Source: Eubacteriales bacterium (lineage in GTDB: Bacteria > Bacillota > Clostridia > Oscillospirales > CAG-272). From it: a stretch of 47,567 nucleotides of DNA. The notes beneath the pieces were generated by a model. The model worked only from the letters and a program-made list of their open reading frames with translations, was not told the DNA's origin and searched no databases. A program made the position numbers and the translations under genes. The DNA is taken from the NCBI GenBank assembly GCA_045638405.1, contig JAZUBG010000074.1:1-47567 (forward strand). The letters run 5' to 3'. Positions within the stretch are counted from its first letter, which is position 1. Each line of letters opens with the position of its first letter. Shown piece after piece: positions 1-8,358 of this stretch.

Positions 1-117
1 TTACTACAACAATGAGAGAATCTCTCTCAAGCTAAAAGGAATGAGCCCGGTTCAGTTCCGAGCTCATTCACAAGCAATTTAATATTTATTTTTGTCTAAA
101 CTTTTGGGTTCACTTCA
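1..117 (+). mobile_element. 3' end of an IS3-family insertion sequence: transposase C-terminus cut by the window edge, plus a candidate right terminal inverted repeat
   Basis: Frame 2 (nt 2-82) reads YYNNERISLKLKGMSPVQFRAHSQAI*, the typical extreme C-terminus of IS3/IS150-group rve (DDE) transposases. Nt 93-117 TGTCTAAACTTTTGGGTTCACTTCA resembles IS3-family terminal repeats that end in CA. Confidence 0.6.
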
Positions 118-133
118 AACGACTCCGTTTGTT

Positions 134-928
134 TTATTTTATCCCAAAGAATTTCTTTGCATTATTTAAAGTCAGCTCAGCAATTTCCGCTTCACTTTTT
201 CCTCTGATTTCTGCAATGGAACGAATTGTATATGCAATGTACCCCGGATAATTAGTTTTTCCTCTATAGGGCACAGGCGGGAGATAAGGTGAGTCAGTTT
301 CAACGAGAAGGGCCTCATCAGGTACGATAGCTGCCGCTTCTTTTACCTTTGATGCGTTCTTATAAGTCACGGGACCGCTGAAGGAAACGCTCCATCCAAG
401 ATTTGCAAGCTGTCTCGCCATCTCAGCACTACCACTGAAACTGTGCATTACCCCGCGAACTGAGGGATAACGTCTGATAACGTCCATAATGTCCCCATGA
501 GCATCTCTGTCATGAATCACAACGGGAATTCCAAGACTCTCTGCAATTTGCATCTGAGCATCAAAAGCATACTGCTGAACTGCTTTATCGGTGTCTTCAT
601 AATGATAATCGAGACCAATCTCACCGAGAGCTACAACCTTGGAATGTGATAACATTTTTTCAATTTCATAAAGATGTGCATCGAGCTCATCACCTGCGTA
701 CTGCGCTTCCGACGGATACATACCGACTGCCGCATAGATGAATGGATACTTTTCTGCAAAAGCGATAGCATTCTTAGCGTCCTCGAGATTTGTACCGATA
801 TTAACGGCATATGCAAGTCCGCCTTCCAATGCGGTGTTTATCATTCCGTCAGTACTTCCCCATTCTGACGTCTCATAACGGGGATCATGGAGATGCGCGT
901 GAGTATCAAAGTATTTTATATTATTCAT
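134..928 (-). CDS. tatD: TatD-family metal-dependent hydrolase (DNase)
   Basis: MNNIKYFDTHAHLHD (HxH motif) and TatD-like length. I prefer the internal ATG at 928 (AAGGAA SD upstream) because the ORF-track start at 958 lies inside the metG terminator hairpin. Confidence 0.85.
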   Translation of the reverse strand: MNNIKYFDTHAHLHDPRYETSEWGSTDGMINTALEGGLAYAVNIGTNLEDAKNAIAFAEKYPFIYAAVGMYPSEAQYAGDELDAHLYEIEKMLSHSKVVALGEIGLDYHYEDTDKAVQQYAFDAQMQIAESLGIPVVIHDRDAHGDIMDVIRRYPSVRGVMHSFSGSAEMARQLANLGWSVSFSGPVTYKNASKVKEAAAIVPDEALLVETDSPYLPPVPYRGKTNYPGYIAYTIRSIAEIRGKSEAEIAELTLNNAKKFFGIK

Positions 929-941
929 AGTATTCCTTACA

Positions 942-979
942 AATTCCGCAGGAAACATATAAAGTGTTCCTGCGGAATT
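942..979 (-). terminator. Intrinsic terminator downstream of metG
   Basis: Perfect 13-bp inverted repeat AATTCCGCAGGAA / TTCCTGCGGAATT (942-954 / 967-979), followed on the minus strand by a T-rich run. Confidence 0.7.
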
Positions 980-999
980 GTTATAACTTATTTATAAAA

Positions 1000-2943
1000 T
1001 TATCTTACCTTTGAACCGAGAGGTGTATTCTCGGGAAGGAAGATTACGTTTATCTCTTCCTCACCGGAAGCAAGGATCATACCGTTTGACTCTACACCGC
1101 AAAGCTTTGCGGGGGCAAGGTTACAAACAAGAACGACCTTTTTACCTATTAGCTGTTCAGGTTCATAGTAGAGAGCTATGCCGGAAACTACCTGTCTCTT
1201 TTCGAATCCGAGATCAACCTGGAGTTTAAGAAGCTTCTTAGCCTTCTTGATCTTTTCGCACTCTATAATCTTCGCGCAACGAAGCTCGATTTTTGTAAAG
1301 TCGTCAAAGTTGATCGTGGGAAGATGTTCTGTATCCTCGGTTACAGGCTCACCTGCGGCAGCCTTTTCAGCTGCGGCTCTTTCAGCCTCGATCTGCTCCA
1401 TGAACTTAGCTTCGTCAATTCTTGAGAAGAGAACCTCAGGAGTGCCTACTGACTTACCTGCTTCAAGCTTACCGAATGTTGCCGTAGATTCATAGCAGTT
1501 GATGTCTGTACCGATCTGAGCGAAGATCTTCCCTGCAGCCTCGGGAATAACAGGAGAAAGAAGCACCGAGCAGATTCTGATTGTCTCTAGGAGATTATAC
1601 ATTACTGTACCTAGACGAGCGTTATTTGTCTCATCCTTAGCGAGAGCCCAGGGAGTAGTCTCATCGATGTACTTATTAGCTCTTCTGAGTGCTGTGAAAA
1701 CCTCTGAGAGGGCGTCAGCAATGTGGAAGTCATCCATGAGTGCGGAATACTTCTCTGCCGCAGAGAGAACTGTAGACTTAAGGTCAGCGTCAAGCTCTGT
1801 TTCTTCAGAAGGAGCGGGGATCACACCGTCAAAATATTTCTTGGTCATTGCTACGGTGCGGTTAACAAGGTTACCGAGGTTGTTTGCAAGGTCAGTATTA
1901 AATCTGTTAAGAATAGCCTCATAGGTCACGGAACCGTCATTTGCGTAAGGCATCTCAGCAAGAGCATAATATCTTACACCGTCAACGCCAATCTTGTCGG
2001 CAAGCTCGTCTGCATATACAACGTTACCCTTAGACTTTGACATCTTGTCCTGACCGAAGTTAAACCAGGGGTGACCGAATATCTTCTTAGGAAGGGGCAG
2101 ATCAAGGGACATAAGGAAGATAGGCCAGTAGATGGAATGGAATCTCATGATGTCCTTACCGATAACATGAACGTCAGCGGGCCAGTTCTTAGTGAAGCTT
2201 TCAGGCTGAACCTCGTTTGCGGGGTCGTAGCCGAGTGCTGTAATGTAATTGCAGAGAGCGTCAAGCCATACATACACAACGTGCTTGGGGTCAAAATCAA
2301 CGGGAATACCCCATTTAAAGCTTGTTCTTGATACGCAAAGATCCTGAAGACCGGGCTTGATAAAGTTGTTGATCATTTCCTTCTTACGGGATTCGGGTTC
2401 AACAAATCCGGGAGTATTTTCAATGTACTCTGCGAGTCTGTCAGCGTACTTGCTCATTTTGAAGTAATACGCCTGCTCACACGCTGTCCCTACAGGTCTA
2501 CCGCAATCGGGACACTTGCCGTCAACGAGCTGGCTTTCTGTGAAGAAGGACTCACAGGGAGTACAGTAAGGTCCCTCATAGGAACCGAGGTAAATGTCAC
2601 CCTTATCGTACATCTTCTTGAAGATGTGCTTGATAGCTTCCTCGTGGTTATCGTCTGTTGTTCTAACGAAATAATCGTAAGTGGTATTCATCTTGTCCCA
2701 AACACCGCGAACGAGTCCGGCAACATTATCAACGTACTCCTTGGGAGTTATACCTGCGTCAGCCGCCTTGAGCTCGATCTTCTGACCGTGCTCGTCAGTT
2801 CCTGTACAGAAGAACACGTCATAACCGCGAAGTCTCTTATAACGGGCAACAGCATCTGTCATGATAACCTCATAAGTGTTACCGAAATGAGGCTTGGTAG
2901 AAGCATAAGCAATGGCTGTAGTAATATAATACTTTTCTTTCAT
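1000..2943 (-). CDS. metG: Methionine--tRNA ligase with C-terminal tRNA-binding (Trbp111/EMAP-like) domain
   Basis: HIGH-type motif (KPHFGNTYE), KMSKS motif, zinc knuckle CTPCES...CPDCGRP, and a C-terminal ELRCAKIIECEKI...LQVDLG OB-fold segment. Confidence 0.95.
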   Translation of the reverse strand: MKEKYYITTAIAYASTKPHFGNTYEVIMTDAVARYKRLRGYDVFFCTGTDEHGQKIELKAADAGITPKEYVDNVAGLVRGVWDKMNTTYDYFVRTTDDNHEEAIKHIFKKMYDKGDIYLGSYEGPYCTPCESFFTESQLVDGKCPDCGRPVGTACEQAYYFKMSKYADRLAEYIENTPGFVEPESRKKEMINNFIKPGLQDLCVSRTSFKWGIPVDFDPKHVVYVWLDALCNYITALGYDPANEVQPESFTKNWPADVHVIGKDIMRFHSIYWPIFLMSLDLPLPKKIFGHPWFNFGQDKMSKSKGNVVYADELADKIGVDGVRYYALAEMPYANDGSVTYEAILNRFNTDLANNLGNLVNRTVAMTKKYFDGVIPAPSEETELDADLKSTVLSAAEKYSALMDDFHIADALSEVFTALRRANKYIDETTPWALAKDETNNARLGTVMYNLLETIRICSVLLSPVIPEAAGKIFAQIGTDINCYESTATFGKLEAGKSVGTPEVLFSRIDEAKFMEQIEAERAAAEKAAAGEPVTEDTEHLPTINFDDFTKIELRCAKIIECEKIKKAKKLLKLQVDLGFEKRQVVSGIALYYEPEQLIGKKVVLVCNLAPAKLCGVESNGMILASGEEEINVIFLPENTPLGSKVR

Positions 2944-2978
2944 AAATTTATTTGCCTTTCTGAATATGTCAGATATTA

Positions 2979-4127
2979 TTAAACTTTTTCACCTGCGGCA
3001 TAAACCGCTTCGATATTAACTTCTTTCTTTGAGTCAATAATAATAAGGTCAGCTCTTAACCCCTCGGCAATCATACCGCAAACACTGTCAAGATGAACCA
3101 TCTTAGCGGGATTTAAGGTTGCAGCAGGAAGAGCTTCCTCAAGAGAGAGGTCACAGAACCTCATAAAGTTCTTAAGTGCAGTATGTAAGTCAAGCGTACT
3201 GCCTGCGATGGCACCCTCAGCGTTAACTGCTTTACCGTCCACAACGAACACTTTCTGTCCTGCGATAGAATATTCGCCGTCGGTAGCACCGGTTGCCTCC
3301 ATGGAATCGGTGATAAGCACAAGTCTGTCGGGGCTCTTGATACGCTGAAGCATCTTGACCACAGCGGGATTGACATGGAATCCATCGCAAATAACTTCAG
3401 TATAAGCGTCACTGAGAAGTGCCGCTGTGATGTTACCGGGCTCTCTGTGGTGAATGGGACGCATAGCGTTAAAAGTATGTGTAAAAGCAGTTGCCCCGTT
3501 TTCAATAGCCGCAAGCGCTTCATCATAGGTAGCGTCACTATGGGCGATTCCTAGTGTTCCGCCGCGGGAGATAACAGCATTATAGAAATCCTTGTCGGCA
3601 AGTTCAAGCGCAGCTGATACATGGAACGGTGCGGGAAGCATTTTGTCTATAAATTCATTTATCTCAGCCGCATCGGGCTTAGCGAGAAGATGGGTTGCAT
3701 GAGCACCACGTCTCTTTTCGCTGAGGTATCTTCCCTCAAGATGTACACCGCCGATGGTAGCGGTGCCGCCCTTCTCGTCTCGGTTAGCCGCGATGGCGTC
3801 CATGGAAGCAAAGAGCTCCTCTTTGGTAGCAGATGCTAAAGTCGCCATGAATGTGGTAGTGCCCACCTTTGCATAGGAGTCGCGAAGCTCACGAACTCCG
3901 TCTGTATCGGTTGTATTGAAGTCGTGCAGTGTTCTTCCGTGAGAGTGTACGTCTACGAATCCGGGGATTATATATTTACCGGAGCAATCAACGATCTCGT
4001 CGGCAGCAAGTATATCAACTTCCTCTTCTATTCTGCTTATCTTCGTGTCGTCGGTAAGGATATCGGCACGAATAAACTCTTTTCTTTCTGTATCGTAGAT
4101 CAAGCCGTCACAAAACAGTCTTTTCAT
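2979..4127 (-). CDS. nagA: N-acetylglucosamine-6-phosphate deacetylase
   Basis: Amidohydrolase motifs DVHSHG, GVHLEGRYLS, IAHSDATYDE and THTFNAMRP. The ATG at 4127 has a GAGG SD; the ORF-track start at 4139 is a GTG with no SD. Confidence 0.85.
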   Translation of the reverse strand: MKRLFCDGLIYDTERKEFIRADILTDDTKISRIEEEVDILAADEIVDCSGKYIIPGFVDVHSHGRTLHDFNTTDTDGVRELRDSYAKVGTTTFMATLASATKEELFASMDAIAANRDEKGGTATIGGVHLEGRYLSEKRRGAHATHLLAKPDAAEINEFIDKMLPAPFHVSAALELADKDFYNAVISRGGTLGIAHSDATYDEALAAIENGATAFTHTFNAMRPIHHREPGNITAALLSDAYTEVICDGFHVNPAVVKMLQRIKSPDRLVLITDSMEATGATDGEYSIAGQKVFVVDGKAVNAEGAIAGSTLDLHTALKNFMRFCDLSLEEALPAATLNPAKMVHLDSVCGMIAEGLRADLIIIDSKKEVNIEAVYAAGEKV

Positions 4128-4197
4128 ACTATACCTCACTAAAAATATTACTCTTTGAATTATAACAGATTTATCCTGAAATTACAACACCAAGGCG

Positions 4198-5073
4198 TCA
4201 GTTTTCGCTGATATATTCTTTATAAATGTCACTTTTTGATACGCCTCTCTGCTTTGCGGCAGTCTTCATGGCGGTCATTCTGTCAAGACCAGAGTCAATC
4301 AGGATATTTACGTGTTCGGTTACGTCTTCGGGGTAATCTGCCTCGCTTTTTTCGGGTGCACCTTCAATAACCAGAACATACTCGCCTCGTGGATCGTTTT
4401 CTTTATAAAACTCGACTGCAGAAGCGATAGTCGTTCTGAAAGCTTCTTCGTTATGCTTGGTAAGCTCACGGCAGAGGGTTATCTTTCGGTCACCAAAGTA
4501 CTTCAGAAGATCGTCAAGCGTTGTTTTCAGCTTATGAGGAGCTTCATAAATAATAAGCGTTCTTTTGTCCGTTGAAAGCTCCGAGAGTCTTTCACGGCGC
4601 TCGGATTTATTTGTGCTGATGAATCCTTCAAAAGCAAATCTGCCCGTTGCGAGCGCGGATAGCGTAAGGGCACAAATTGCCGCACAAGGTCCGGGAACTG
4701 AAACTACGGGTATGTTTCTCTCAGCGCAAAGCTTAACGATATCCTCGCCGGGGTCACTGATAGCGGGGGTGCCCGCATCGGTCACAAGAGCACAGCTCTC
4801 GCCCGCTTGAATACGGTTTACGATGATCTCTCCGCGTTCACGCTTGTTGTGCTCAAAATAGCTGACCATAGGCTTTGATATGTCAAAGCGTGAAAGAAGA
4901 AGACCAGTGTTACGTGTATCCTCCGCGGCTACGAAATCCACTTCAGACAGCACCTTAAGCGCTCTTTCGGAGATATCCGCAAGATTTCCGATTGGAGTTG
5001 CAACAAGGTAAAGAGTCCCCTTAAGAACTTCGTTTTTTTCTCTGAACTGAGTATGATTTTTAGAAAAACTCAT
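4198..5073 (-). CDS. rsmI: 16S rRNA (cytidine1402-2'-O)-methyltransferase
   Basis: GTLYLVATPIGNLADIS N-terminus, a tetrapyrrole-methylase fold pattern, ~290 aa. It sits after the yabB-like gene, as in Bacillus. Confidence 0.9.
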   Translation of the reverse strand: MSFSKNHTQFREKNEVLKGTLYLVATPIGNLADISERALKVLSEVDFVAAEDTRNTGLLLSRFDISKPMVSYFEHNKRERGEIIVNRIQAGESCALVTDAGTPAISDPGEDIVKLCAERNIPVVSVPGPCAAICALTLSALATGRFAFEGFISTNKSERRERLSELSTDKRTLIIYEAPHKLKTTLDDLLKYFGDRKITLCRELTKHNEEAFRTTIASAVEFYKENDPRGEYVLVIEGAPEKSEADYPEDVTEHVNILIDSGLDRMTAMKTAAKQRGVSKSDIYKEYISEN

Positions 5074-5080
5074 AAATTTA

Positions 5081-5872
5081 TCATCTTTCGGTTATATGTT
5101 TAAATGAAAACTCATCATAAATGAGTTGCATATCATCTGTATATTCGCGTGTACCGTCCTTATAGACGAAAAGCGGACGAGTGACGGTAAGGGATGAAGC
5201 CGCGCCTTTTTTTCCTTCAACAAGAACGAGAGAGGGAGCCTTTGAAGTATCGGGATGAATGAAAACGATCTTTTTAGGTTCGATGGAAGCTCGTCTCATA
5301 GCATCTGTCAAGTCAATAAGTCTCTCGGGACGGTGTACGACGAACAGTCCGCCTCCGCTTTTCAAAATTTTTCCTGCTGAAGCGCAAAAATCGTATATAC
5401 TTCCGAGAACCTCACGTCTGGCAATGTTTTTCTCTTCGTAATTATTTGTTTTACCGCTGTCGTTTTTCATGTAAGGCGGATTCATGAGGACCACGTCCAC
5501 TTCACCGCACGTGTCCGTCTGTGAAATATCGCGTATGTCTTTATTGATGACCATAACTTTATCATCAAGACAGTTAAGCTTTACGTTACGTTCGGTGAGC
5601 CTGGCGAACTCTTCCTGTACCTCAAAAGCGAATACTTTTGAATACTTCCCTTTTTGCGCTACGAGAAGTGAGATAACTCCCGTTCCGCAACCGAAATCGG
5701 CGGCTTTTCCTCTGGGACAGCTTTTTGCGAAAGCTGACAGGATATATGCATCAGTTCCGAAAGTCAAGCCATTCTTACGCTGAATAAGTCTGAGGTTTTC
5801 ATTGATCTCGTCGAGTCTTTCGAGTTCAGAGTCAAAAACTGATCCGTCACACATAAACATCTGTCCTTTCAT
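5081..5872 (-). CDS. Class I SAM-dependent N6-adenine methyltransferase (YabB/TrmN6-like tRNA methyltransferase)
   Basis: SAM motif ADFGCGTGV and catalytic NPPY (VLMNPPYMK). There are only 7 nt to rsmI. The true start may be the internal ATG at 5854, which has an AAGGA SD. Confidence 0.75.
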   Translation of the reverse strand: MKGQMFMCDGSVFDSELERLDEINENLRLIQRKNGLTFGTDAYILSAFAKSCPRGKAADFGCGTGVISLLVAQKGKYSKVFAFEVQEEFARLTERNVKLNCLDDKVMVINKDIRDISQTDTCGEVDVVLMNPPYMKNDSGKTNNYEEKNIARREVLGSIYDFCASAGKILKSGGGLFVVHRPERLIDLTDAMRRASIEPKKIVFIHPDTSKAPSLVLVEGKKGAASSLTVTRPLFVYKDGTREYTDDMQLIYDEFSFKHITER

Positions 5873-5943
5873 AAAGTTTCTGTCTGATTTCTTTATATCG
5901 GGAGAACAACCGAATCATCGGACACTCTCCGGATATAAAGAAG

Positions 5944-5965
5944 AAGGCGAAGTTGCCTCCGCCTT
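5944..5965 (-). terminator. Terminator hairpin after the ferredoxin gene
   Basis: AAGGCG / CGCCTT stem followed on the minus strand by TTCTTCTTT. Confidence 0.5.
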
Positions 5966-5990
5966 GCTCTTTATAATAAGTAAAATATAC

Positions 5991-6161
5991 TTACGCTTCC
6001 TTGATAGCGTCAACGGGGCATGTGCCAGCGCAAGAACCGCAATCGAGACATTCGTCTGCGTTGATCTCGTACTTGCCGTCACCCTCGGTGATGCACTCTA
6101 CGGGGCACTGAGCTGCGCAAGCGCCGCAAGCGAGGCACTCGTCAGTAATCTTGTAAGCCAT
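5991..6161 (-). CDS. Clostridial-type 2x[4Fe-4S] ferredoxin (56 aa)
   Basis: MAYKITDECLACGACAAQCP...CLDCGSCAGTCP carries two CxxCxxCxxxCP motifs. The ATG at 6161 has a GGAGGT SD. The 105-aa ORF in the track is an upstream extension that overlaps ricT. Confidence 0.9.
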   Translation of the reverse strand: MAYKITDECLACGACAAQCPVECITEGDGKYEINADECLDCGSCAGTCPVDAIKEA

Positions 6162-6240
6162 TGTAAATACCTCCATTAGTAATTTTTTCTTTATTGTATC
6201 ACAATTATTGAGAAAAATAAAGTGTTTTTCAGAAAATAGT

Positions 6241-7104
6241 TCAATCTTTTTTAGGAATAATTTTAACATCATCTCTATGATAAGTTTTAATGCTCTCGCC
6301 CTTATCATCAGTGAACTTAACTTTCAAAAAACCTGTTAGAACATGGGCGTCACTTACTATACCCACACCGTCTTTAGTGGATACTTTAGAGCCTACCTTA
6401 GGTGTCTGTGCAATTTCACGTTCATAAGTCTCGTGTTCATATCTGAGACAACACATAAGTCTGCCGCATGCACCGGAAATCTTTGAAGAATTAAGAGAAA
6501 GATTTTGTTCCTTGGCCATCTTGATTGACACCTGAACGAAATCAGCAAGGAAAGAAGCACAACAGAAAGGTCTTCCGCAAATGCCTATTCCTCCAAGCAT
6601 TTTTGCTTCATCTCTGATACCGATCTGTCTGAGTTCAATTCTTGTTTTGAAAACTGAGGCAAGATCCTTTACAAGCTCACGGAAATCAACACGAGATTCA
6701 GCTGTAAAATAAAACATAAGCTTAGTGTTATCGAAGGTATACTCTGCTTCTATAAGCTTCATCTCAAGTCCGTGATCAACGATCTTTTTACGACAGATAT
6801 CCATTGCAGAAACTTCAAGCTCTTTATTACGTTTGTACTGTTCCGTATCCTTTGAATCCGCAATTCTTATAACACGTCTCAAAGGCTGAACAATTTCCTT
6901 CGCCGGAATTGTATGGTTTCCTTCAGAAACAAAACCGTACTCGAGCCCCCTGGCTGTTTCAACAATAACATCTTGACCTGATGCAATCGTAAGTTTACAT
7001 GGATCAAAATAATAAATTTTTCCGGCTTCCTTGAAACGTACACCGACTATTTCAAAAGATTCAAGTACGTTATCTTCAATATTAATTACTTTGTTTTCAT
7101 TCAT
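6241..7104 (-). CDS. ricT: PSP1-domain protein (stage 0 sporulation protein YaaT / RicT)
   Basis: Conserved Cys cluster GICGRPFCC...GACGRLMCCLRYE and a position directly after holB, as in Bacillus. Confidence 0.85.
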   Translation of the reverse strand: MNENKVINIEDNVLESFEIVGVRFKEAGKIYYFDPCKLTIASGQDVIVETARGLEYGFVSEGNHTIPAKEIVQPLRRVIRIADSKDTEQYKRNKELEVSAMDICRKKIVDHGLEMKLIEAEYTFDNTKLMFYFTAESRVDFRELVKDLASVFKTRIELRQIGIRDEAKMLGGIGICGRPFCCASFLADFVQVSIKMAKEQNLSLNSSKISGACGRLMCCLRYEHETYEREIAQTPKVGSKVSTKDGVGIVSDAHVLTGFLKVKFTDDKGESIKTYHRDDVKIIPKKD

Positions 7105-7192
7105 TGTTGTGCGTATGCCTTTCTCGTCTGAAAAATATACGTAAATCTGTAATTGACGTTATTTCAGATGTTTATGTTTTAAAGAAAAATAG

Positions 7193-8236
7193 TTATTTGC
7201 GTTTATAATCAGCAATTTTAAGAACCATATCGGTAAGTACGATTTTCACCGCTACATTGGAATCAAGTCTCATAATAGCCCGTATAAGTTCATTATGTAT
7301 ATGGAACAACTTTTTAATGGAAGCTTCAGAAGCTGCCTCCAGCGCTTCCTCACGTGAAACGTAGAAAAGTAAATTTTCAGATGACGCACGTTTAACAGCT
7401 ACCATATCTCTGACTGCACTGTCAACAATCTGTAAAAGCAATTTTACATTCTGACTGTTCTTCATGAAACCGGTCAGTCCTAACTTTAACATTTGTGACG
7501 CTTTGGAGTTGCACATAAGCGGGATGAGTTTTTTTGCTTCAGATCTGAGTTTAAGCAATTCAGAAGTTTCCTCAGTTCCGGACAGCAATTCTTTAGCACG
7601 TCCTAGCGACCCGTCCGACAGTGATACTGCAGCCGAAAATTTATCAGGGAAATTCTTATGAATTCTCTGCCCTTCATAAGAAGACAACAGATACTCAGCG
7701 ACGGAAACTGAAGAAAATTTCTCCATTCGAATACACTGAGCGCGGCTTCTTACTGTTTCGAGAAGTTTCGTTGCATCTTCAGTAAGAAGCAGAAAAACAG
7801 CAAACGACGGCGGTTCTTCAAGAGTCAGTAGAAGTGCGTTCTGAGCCTGATCCGTCATCCTTTCTGCATTTACTATAATATAAGTTCTGTAATCAGAATC
7901 ATTTGGAGTAACATACAAGCTTTTTTTTATGTTTCTAATTTCATCAATACCGATAGAAGCTTTATCGCCGCTTGTAATCCAAACAACATCACCTGAGATA
8001 TTACTGAATATCCTGTGGCAGTTATCACACTCACCGCAAGGTAACCTGTGTGACGAAGATGTTTTATTATCACAAGCCAATCCTGCTGCAATCTGTTTTG
8101 CCACAGTACGTTTTCCGCTTCCTTCTGAGCCCTCAATAATATAGGCGTGTGAACAATTTCCGTTTATTATATCGTTACCGATAAAATTTTTTATAACGAT
8201 ATTACCGATAATATCCGGGAATATATCTTTGCTCAT
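7193..8236 (-). CDS. holB: DNA polymerase III subunit delta'
   Basis: AAA+-like GSGKRT, zinc module CGECDNCHR, LLLTLEEPP, and the SRAQ sensor motif. Confidence 0.85.
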   Translation of the reverse strand: MSKDIFPDIIGNIVIKNFIGNDIINGNCSHAYIIEGSEGSGKRTVAKQIAAGLACDNKTSSSHRLPCGECDNCHRIFSNISGDVVWITSGDKASIGIDEIRNIKKSLYVTPNDSDYRTYIIVNAERMTDQAQNALLLTLEEPPSFAVFLLLTEDATKLLETVRSRAQCIRMEKFSSVSVAEYLLSSYEGQRIHKNFPDKFSAAVSLSDGSLGRAKELLSGTEETSELLKLRSEAKKLIPLMCNSKASQMLKLGLTGFMKNSQNVKLLLQIVDSAVRDMVAVKRASSENLLFYVSREEALEAASEASIKKLFHIHNELIRAIMRLDSNVAVKIVLTDMVLKIADYKRK

Positions 8237-8358
8237 CAGTCTTTATCCTTTCATAAAGATAATACTATCAAAAACTCACACAGTATTCTAACATGAATCC
8301 TGAAAATAAACAATATATATTCGTAATATTTCTGAAAATAATTCCTGGGCGTGTTAAA

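Noticed and set aside
5894-5937. 12-bp imperfect inverted repeat TATATCGGGAGA / TCTCCGGATATA between the ferredoxin terminator and the yabB-like start.
   Set aside because: It is most simply a second stem of the terminator/leader region. It has one mismatch, occurs once, and has no associated motif.
5991-6308. 105-aa ORF-track version of the ferredoxin gene that overlaps the end of ricT.
   Set aside because: The ferredoxin homology starts at the internal Met (MAYKITDE), which has a perfect GGAGGT SD. The upstream 49 codons are AT-rich read-through.
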